Positions 58,062 to 64,000 of a stretch of DNA of 64,000 nt are shown in pieces. Each line of letters opens with the position of its first letter. The stretch's first letter is position 1. The DNA is taken from positions 18,046-82,045 of IMG/VR virus record IMGVR_UViG_3300037587_000923; one strand, written 5' to 3'. A program made the translations under genes and the position numbers. The notes below the pieces were generated by a model. That model worked only from the letters and a program-made list of their open reading frames with translations. It had not been told where the DNA came from and did not search any database. This DNA is from a virus.

Positions 58062-58175
58062 ACTCTGCGCTGATCATTCCAAGCGTACCGAAGGTATGGA
58101 TATTATAGAGACTTGGGAGTGTAAGCAGAGCGTTATCAAGCTGAACCAACCACAAAGACCACGTAAGAGGTAATC

Positions 58176-58511
58176 ATGCAGGAAGTTTTAGTCGAGCCAG
58201 AATCTATATCAGGATATTGCGAGCCATTCAAGACCGATTACATTACGGTAGATAGCTGTAAGGCCAGAAAGGTAATTGCGGTCCGAGGCAGGGATACTAC
58301 CTTGAGAAGATGCAAGAAGTGTCCCGGTCTTCTCGAGAGCAAGGGGAGCAATAAGCGTATAGGGCAATCCAACACAGAGCCGCCAGCCAGACCCTCACGT
58401 ATAGGTTGGTGTGATGATTGTCGTAAGCACCACTCTAAATGCACGAGGTTCAGCGTCAACATGAACCTGTGTTCGGCTTGCTATCAGAGATCGAGGCGGA
58501 GGGAAAAATAA
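58176..58511 (+). CDS. Cys-rich hypothetical protein
   Basis: Multiple CxxC motifs. Confidence 0.55.
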   Translation: MQEVLVEPESISGYCEPFKTDYITVDSCKARKVIAVRGRDTTLRRCKKCPGLLESKGSNKRIGQSNTEPPARPSRIGWCDDCRKHHSKCTRFSVNMNLCSACYQRSRRREK

Positions 58512-59017
58512 TGGATCTATTTGGATACAAGTCAGCCGACTTTTCGGCTTGCAGAAAATACCGGTATACACTATGGCGCTGGTGGGATAAGTCCAAGCCT
58601 TATGCTATGTTCGTTTGCCTTAATCCCAGTATCGCAGATGAGATCCAGGACGATCCTACTGTCCGGAGATGCATTAACTTCTCTCGTGACTGGGGGTATG
58701 GGGGTTTTGTAATGACAAATATCTTTGCATACAGGGCCACGGATCCGAAGGAGATGAAGAAGTATTACGAGAACCTCGGCCCTAAGGAATTGACTACCGA
58801 TCTGGCCAGTAATGCCGTCCATCTTATCAAGCTCTCAAGGAAGGCAGGTGTGATTGTTGCTGCATGGGGGACGCACGGAGCATTTATGAACAGAGGAGAC
58901 CGGGTATCAAAACTGATCCCAGGGATGAAGTGTCTCAAGATAACAAAGGGCGGCTTTCCTCAGCACCCATTGTACCTGGCGAAGGATAGTGAGCTGATAG
59001 ATTTTAATGGGAGGTAA
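58511..59017 (+). CDS. DUF1643 family protein
   Basis: YRY.L.R.W; LNPS.AD...DDPT.RRC; N.FAYRATDP; AAWG; P.HPLY. Confidence 0.88.
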   Translation: MDLFGYKSADFSACRKYRYTLWRWWDKSKPYAMFVCLNPSIADEIQDDPTVRRCINFSRDWGYGGFVMTNIFAYRATDPKEMKKYYENLGPKELTTDLASNAVHLIKLSRKAGVIVAAWGTHGAFMNRGDRVSKLIPGMKCLKITKGGFPQHPLYLAKDSELIDFNGR

Positions 59018-59019
59018 TT

Positions 59020-59457
59020 GTGGCAATACTAAACTACACAACATCCATATCTACCGAGAAGACCGCATCAGAGATACAGAAGAAGCTGGCGATGGCCGGA
59101 GCCCAAGCGGTGCTATGTGAATACGACGAAGACGGCGTTATGAAATCTATGTCGTTCCGGATTGGGACACAACATGGTCTCGTTTCATTTAGGCTGCCAG
59201 CCAATATCGCGGGGGTTTACCATAGTCTCGAGAGAGACGATAAGGTTCCGAAGAGATACAAGACTTCTGACCAAGCTGCAAAGGTGGCATGGAGAATACT
59301 CAAGGACTGGATCGAAGCACAGCTCGCCATCATAGAGGCAGGTATGGCGGAGATGACAGAAGTATTCCTTCCTTATGCTCAGGACAGGGAAGGCCGCACT
59401 ATGTACGAGGTATTCAAAGAAGGTAAATTGAAGATGATTACTGAAGGGAGGAGCTAA
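59020..59457 (+). CDS. Conserved-looking phage protein
   Basis: NYTT.I...KT..EIQ; QA..VAWRI.KDWIEAQ.A. Confidence 0.7.
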   Translation: MAILNYTTSISTEKTASEIQKKLAMAGAQAVLCEYDEDGVMKSMSFRIGTQHGLVSFRLPANIAGVYHSLERDDKVPKRYKTSDQAAKVAWRILKDWIEAQLAIIEAGMAEMTEVFLPYAQDREGRTMYEVFKEGKLKMITEGRS

Positions 59458-59672
59458 TGGCCGTATCGTTTAGCTGTAAATGTGAGGAAAGGAAGAAGCC
59501 TGTAAAGGAACGCAACTGGGCCGTCTGGCAGCGACATTGCCACCACTCAGCCTTTGCCGGTTACCACAAGACCCCTTCAGACTATAGCACCGTAAAATGT
59601 TATACATGTGGTGCTATCGGCAGAACGAAGGCCGCTTATGTCCATAGCTTAAAGGACGCAACTTTTAACTAG
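59457..59672 (+). CDS. Zn-finger phage protein
   Basis: SAF.GY..TPSDYS...C..CG...RTKA.YV. Confidence 0.65.
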   Translation: MAVSFSCKCEERKKPVKERNWAVWQRHCHHSAFAGYHKTPSDYSTVKCYTCGAIGRTKAAYVHSLKDATFN

Positions 59673-59681
59673 GAGGTAACA

Positions 59682-60545
59682 TTGGACGAATTTACTAGAA
59701 GCTGGATAATAGAAAACGGAGTGCCGATCGTGCAGAGCTATGGCGACACCCTAACAATAAGGGCCCTGCACTATAGACTGGTTGCCATAGGCATGACCAA
59801 CTCCACTCAACACTACAAGAGAGTCGTAGCTGCCATGGGTAAAGCCCGGTGGGACGGCTTGCTTTCTTTCGATGCTTTCAGAGATCTCGACAGGGATGTG
59901 ATAGGCGAAACTAAGTATGAAGTTACCGACGTCGACGAAGGCATAGCGGAGGCAAAGAAGCAAATAGGTCTCTGGATGAAGAACTACTACAAGAACAGGT
60001 GGGAGAATCAGCCCAAGTACGTGGAGGTCTTTATAGAGAAGAAGGCCCTGCAAGGTGTGTTCGAGGGGCCATGTCGGAGCAATAGGGTGGCGCTCGCTCC
60101 CTGCAAAGGATACCCCAGTCTGACGTATATGCATGACGCCGCTAACCGTATGATAGGAGCGGAGTCACAAGGCAAGGAGACTATCATCCTGTACTTCGGT
60201 GATTACGATCCGAGTGGTGAGGATATCCCTCGGAGTATCCAAGAGACCATGCTGAGGATGGGAGCTGATGTCCGAGTGGAAAGGATCCTCCTTCTCGAGG
60301 AGCACGTCCGGGCATGGGGCTTACCACCTGCTCCAACCAAACTGACTGACTCCAGGTCAAAGGCATGGAATGGTCTCGGTCAGGTAGAGCTCGATGCGGT
60401 TGAACCAAACAAGCTCAAGGATATAGTAAGCGATGCGATCGACGAACACTTCGATTATGGTCTGTACGATGAGCTTAAAGATCAAGAGGAGGAGGAAGGC
60501 GAGCAGTACAAGGAAGAGCTTAAAGAGTTTGTGAAAGGATTGTAG
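59682..60545 (+). CDS. Topoisomerase VI-A-like Toprim domain protein
   Basis: T.R.LHYRLV; EVFIEK.AL; KGYPS; YFGDYDPSGEDI; ELDA. Confidence 0.8.
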   Translation: MDEFTRSWIIENGVPIVQSYGDTLTIRALHYRLVAIGMTNSTQHYKRVVAAMGKARWDGLLSFDAFRDLDRDVIGETKYEVTDVDEGIAEAKKQIGLWMKNYYKNRWENQPKYVEVFIEKKALQGVFEGPCRSNRVALAPCKGYPSLTYMHDAANRMIGAESQGKETIILYFGDYDPSGEDIPRSIQETMLRMGADVRVERILLLEEHVRAWGLPPAPTKLTDSRSKAWNGLGQVELDAVEPNKLKDIVSDAIDEHFDYGLYDELKDQEEEEGEQYKEELKEFVKGL

Positions 60546-60555
60546 AGGAGGGACC

Positions 60556-60953
60556 ATGAAGAAGTTTCTATCAGTACTGGCGGATGAGCTTAGGACTGAA
60601 GGTGAGAGGATAGCACAACAAGGCGATGGCCTTATGGGAGTAGTGGGGGTGGAGGCGGCTATATTCGGGACTATATCCGGAACAATGGGTGCTCTGGCCA
60701 ACTGCATCGAGCTGCACTGGAGAAGATCGACGATGAAGATATATGCATTAAGTGTGGAGGTCAAAATATCCATGTGGGTTTCCACAAAGATCTCTATGCT
60801 TGTGGTAGTGGCGATTCAAGGGAACATCTCCACTACACCTGTCCATGCGGACATAACTGGACAGAGCCCACTAAAGACGCTGCAAACTATAGCTCAAATG
60901 CCAGCGATATGGAAGCCGGCACGCTAAAATCTTCTAATTGCTCAGTTAAATGA
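60556..60953 (+). pseudogene. Probable frameshifted Zn-ribbon gene
   Basis: After ...ALANCIE the -1 frame encodes AALEKIDDEDICIKCG...EHLHYTCPCGHNW. Confidence 0.45.
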
Positions 60954-60990
60954 AATTACTTTTGCACATCTTTTTCAAAGGAGTCTCGAG

Positions 60991-61855
60991 ATGACAGAGG
61001 GTGAACGTATCGCCGAGGAAGTCTTCAACACCATGGATGGTAAGGTCAAGTGTAGGAATTGTGGTAAGTGGAAGCCTCAACGGAACATACTTCCTGCCGG
61101 GGTATGCTGGGCATGCATAATAATACCCATAGAGAGTACGCTTGGTATAGAAGTAGAACCTGCAAAAGCAAGGACTAGGCTGATGGGAGACTTCAGTGCG
61201 AAAGTTATACACACAGGCACCCTTATGAAGAGCATCAAAGCATGACTGACGACGAGAAGATAGCAGAGGAAGTGAGTGAAGCTATGAAGGAACTTATAGT
61301 ATGCCCTCTCTGCAAAAAGGAATTCAGGAAACCGGATGAGGAAGATGACACCCTCTTTCTTGATGGAAAACCCTGGTGTGGGTGCCTACCTTTCTGATAT
61401 GAGTAGAGATCAAGACATAGCGGATAGAGTTTCCAAGACTATGCTTGGGTACAAAAAATGCCCTAAATGTGAAGATCTCTTCAATCCACTTGCTCTGACT
61501 TTAGATCTCTGCCCTAAGTGCTTTGAGTTAGTTAAATGGGATGGCCCAGGCTCTAATCCGATGCATAATATCATAGAAGCAATAGTGGAGATGAAGAAGA
61601 ATATTGGATAGAGATCAAAACATAGCTGACGAAGTCTATAGGGCCATGTCGGGGCTGAAGATCTGCAGTCGATGCAAGAAGGAGTTTAAGCCTATAGCTT
61701 CAGAGGATATCTGCTGCATGCTCCCAATGGAAGTTGCCGCTATGGCAATGGCTCACGCCATAAAGAGGGCTGGTGTTTCATCAGTACAGGCGGCTAGGGC
61801 CTTTGAGGGAGTGAGTAAGGCTATGAGTAAGATAACTATAAACAAGGAGGATTGA
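60991..61855 (+). CDS. Four small paralogous Zn-finger ORFs (60991, 61242, 61399, 61604)
   Basis: Shared N-terminal IA.(E/R)V...M..C..C motif. Confidence 0.65.
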
Positions 61856-61856
61856 T

Positions 61857-62240
61857 ATGGGAGTAGGAATGCCGGAGCACTTATTGCTTCATGAGTTTGG
61901 GTCACAGATAATGGGAGCCTTCGATGAGGTACCCTATCATGTGGGGTCGTCTTTAACCAAGAAGAGGGGCTGGAGAGATGTGGACGTGAGGCTGATGCTT
62001 CCTGACGACAAGTACGAAGCCATGGGGCTGGGTGACCCTAAACATCCACACGAAAACCCGAAGTGGGTGTCGCTGGTTATGGCGTACTCGGCTCTCGGCC
62101 GGCAGATAACCGGTCTCCCTATAGACTTCCAGATACAGCAGTTTACTCTGGCCAATGAGCTATACCCCAAAGGAAAGACCAGAATAAGATCAGCTATAGG
62201 GTTTGTTCCGTTAAGGATAGAGAGGCTAAATAGTAAATGA
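61857..62240 (+). CDS. Nucleotidyltransferase-like protein
   Basis: VGSS....WRDVDVR; TGLPIDFQIQ. Confidence 0.7.
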   Translation: MGVGMPEHLLLHEFGSQIMGAFDEVPYHVGSSLTKKRGWRDVDVRLMLPDDKYEAMGLGDPKHPHENPKWVSLVMAYSALGRQITGLPIDFQIQQFTLANELYPKGKTRIRSAIGFVPLRIERLNSK

Positions 62241-62752
62241 GTGGAATGTTCGGGCAGAAGAGGGAGCAATCCAAACACAAGAGCGTTGAGTGGTATACGC
62301 CCGCCTGGGTATTCGAAGAGCTGGGATTAGAATTCGACATGGATCCAGCCAGCCCTCACGATATGGAGAGCCAGGTACCGGCCAAGAAAAAGTACACTAT
62401 CTTCGACGACGGGCTCAAGAAGCCTTGGTACGGGAGAGTATGGCTGAATCCTCCCTACGGCCCTAAGATATCAGTGTGGATGCGACGCCTCATTCAACAT
62501 GGTAATGGCATCGCCTTCGTCTTCAGTCGTACTGACGCCCAGTGGTGCCAGGAGGCTCTTAAGTCCGCTACCGCAATACTATTCTTGGCCGGCAGAGTTG
62601 AATTCATACCGGGTCTCGAGAACCAGCACAAGAAGAGCCGTTGCGGCGCCGGTACCGTCCTCTTCGCTTTCGGAGAAGAATGTGCCGAGGCATTGAAGAA
62701 GTTAAGCGATCGAGGCGTGTATATTAGGAAGGGGTCAAATGCCCGAAAGTGA
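62237..62752 (+). CDS. Phage DNA N6-adenine methyltransferase
   Basis: EWYTP, F.MDPAS, DGL..PW.G.VWLNPPY. Confidence 0.88.
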   Translation: MSGMFGQKREQSKHKSVEWYTPAWVFEELGLEFDMDPASPHDMESQVPAKKKYTIFDDGLKKPWYGRVWLNPPYGPKISVWMRRLIQHGNGIAFVFSRTDAQWCQEALKSATAILFLAGRVEFIPGLENQHKKSRCGAGTVLFAFGEECAEALKKLSDRGVYIRKGSNARK

Positions 62753-63516
62753 AGGACCCTTCACGAGCGGTACAACATTGACCGAGGAGGAAATTGCTGA
62801 TGCAGTCGCCGGTACCATGATGGGCTATGAGGAATGTTGTGAGTGTCACCGATATTTTCCTCCAGCTAATCTTATTAATGCTACTACATTGGCCATATTC
62901 CCAGACAATGAGATACCGTTCAAGGCATGTGGGCTATGCTTTGATAAAATAGTTAAACGTGGTGATGCATGGCCGAGAGAGTGAACACAACCGACGAGAG
63001 TGTAGCTGACGCAGTGGCGGCTGCGATGGCTGGGAAAGATTGGTGTAGCGCTTGCTGTAAATCCTATGAGCCAGGACTTCTTTTAGATACTAACCAGGAA
63101 AAATCAGTGTGCCCCTATTGTGGCTTAGGCCTCCTCCTGGTGACAACAATGATCAGCCCGGCCGATATTCAAGAACTATATTCCTTGCTAGGCCCGAACT
63201 GGGTCAGAATGAGGGCGGCATGTGACCTGTTTAATAAAGGATTTAAGCTTACAAGGGTGCGGTCAATGATTTTGGCAGGGAAGATATGACTGACGACGCT
63301 GAAATAGCAGCAGCTGTTTTCGGGGTCCTTGCCGATGAGAAGCAATGCCCTCGCTGTAAAGAGTTCTTTCCTGACAAGGAGCTACGGTTCCGCTATGAGG
63401 AGTGTGACTATGATCACACCTTGAAGAAGAGTATTCACTGTTACCCATGCTTCAAAGAGCATTTCCCGGGCATGATAGGCTTCAACTTGGAGACAGACTA
63501 CATAAAAATAAAGTAA
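62739..63516 (+). CDS. Three more paralogous Zn-finger ORFs (62739, 62969, 63286)
   Basis: E(I/V)A.AV...M.G...C..C motif. Confidence 0.65.
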
Positions 63517-64000
63517 TCTCCATCATTCCCTATCCCTTAATCCCTATCCACAAAGAAGCCCACCATATCCTCCCTGTACGAACACCCCTACCTGAATACC
63601 AATACACCCCTAAAGCCATCTAAACCGCTTAGAACGCAAATACGGAGTTCACCCCCTATTTAACCCCTCCTCACTGATCAGATAGTTAAAAACCATGGAC
63701 AGTCCACGATTTACACCGCGAAAACACTTCTAAAACCCTACAGGAAAGGGATGGGGAAACCCTACTGCAGAGCTGATCTCTGGACATGACATTGCGGTGA
63801 AAATTAAGGAGAGTCCTATAGGTTGAGAGCAGTGGCGGTATATCAAGTCAGATAACGGGGGGTGATTATAAAGAATAATCATGCCCACATAGAGAAAACA
63901 AATAGTAGATATATAGAAAGTAAATACTTAAAAAGAAAGTGAGGAGTTAAGATGTTCTATTCAAAGAAAAAGTCAGTCACAAGCCAGATAAAGGAAGTAA

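Noticed and set aside
1-64000. Integron integrase, phage integrase or reverse transcriptase (DGR)
   Set aside because: No ORF shows tyrosine/serine recombinase or RT motifs; the 359-bp repeat shows no adenine-specific differences
63517-64000. Non-coding end region as a genome terminus, tRNA or ncRNA
   Set aside because: Compositionally skewed, but no cloverleaf, terminal repeat or clear structure could be supported

Overview
The window is a large part of a tailed dsDNA phage genome (siphovirus-like, with spanin-like genes suggesting a Gram-negative host). A minus-strand late module (5921-35608) runs portal, S49 protease/scaffold, head decoration, major capsid, neck, tail tube, frameshifted tail chaperones, tape measure, distal tail, central fibre, side fibres and lysis genes. 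A plus-strand arm (35770-63516, plus 1-5771) carries a PD-(D/E)XK nuclease, RecT-like annealase, RusA-like resolvase, initiator, DnaB, HU, a displaced large terminase, TnpB, a Toprim protein, an adenine methyltransferase and many small Zn-finger ORFs. The standout signal is about 17 complete and 4 partial integron attC-like hairpins in four clusters (39.4-43.6, 47.8-48.2, 51.0-52.3 and 55.3-56.1 kb), with no integrase visible in the window. Each cargo gene is bracketed by its own complementary GTT/AAC boxes, including compensatory GTTC/GAAC and GTTG/CAAC pairs. The extrahelical-base pattern and the ends of a 359-bp duplicated unit both indicate that the attC sites lie on the minus strand. The genes are therefore inverted relative to canonical integron cassettes, and the crossover falls on the preceding gene's stop codon. 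Several attC loops contain their own RBS and ORF, and a repeated mini-attC looks like a landing pad. All calls come from reading the sequence by eye; no searches were run.
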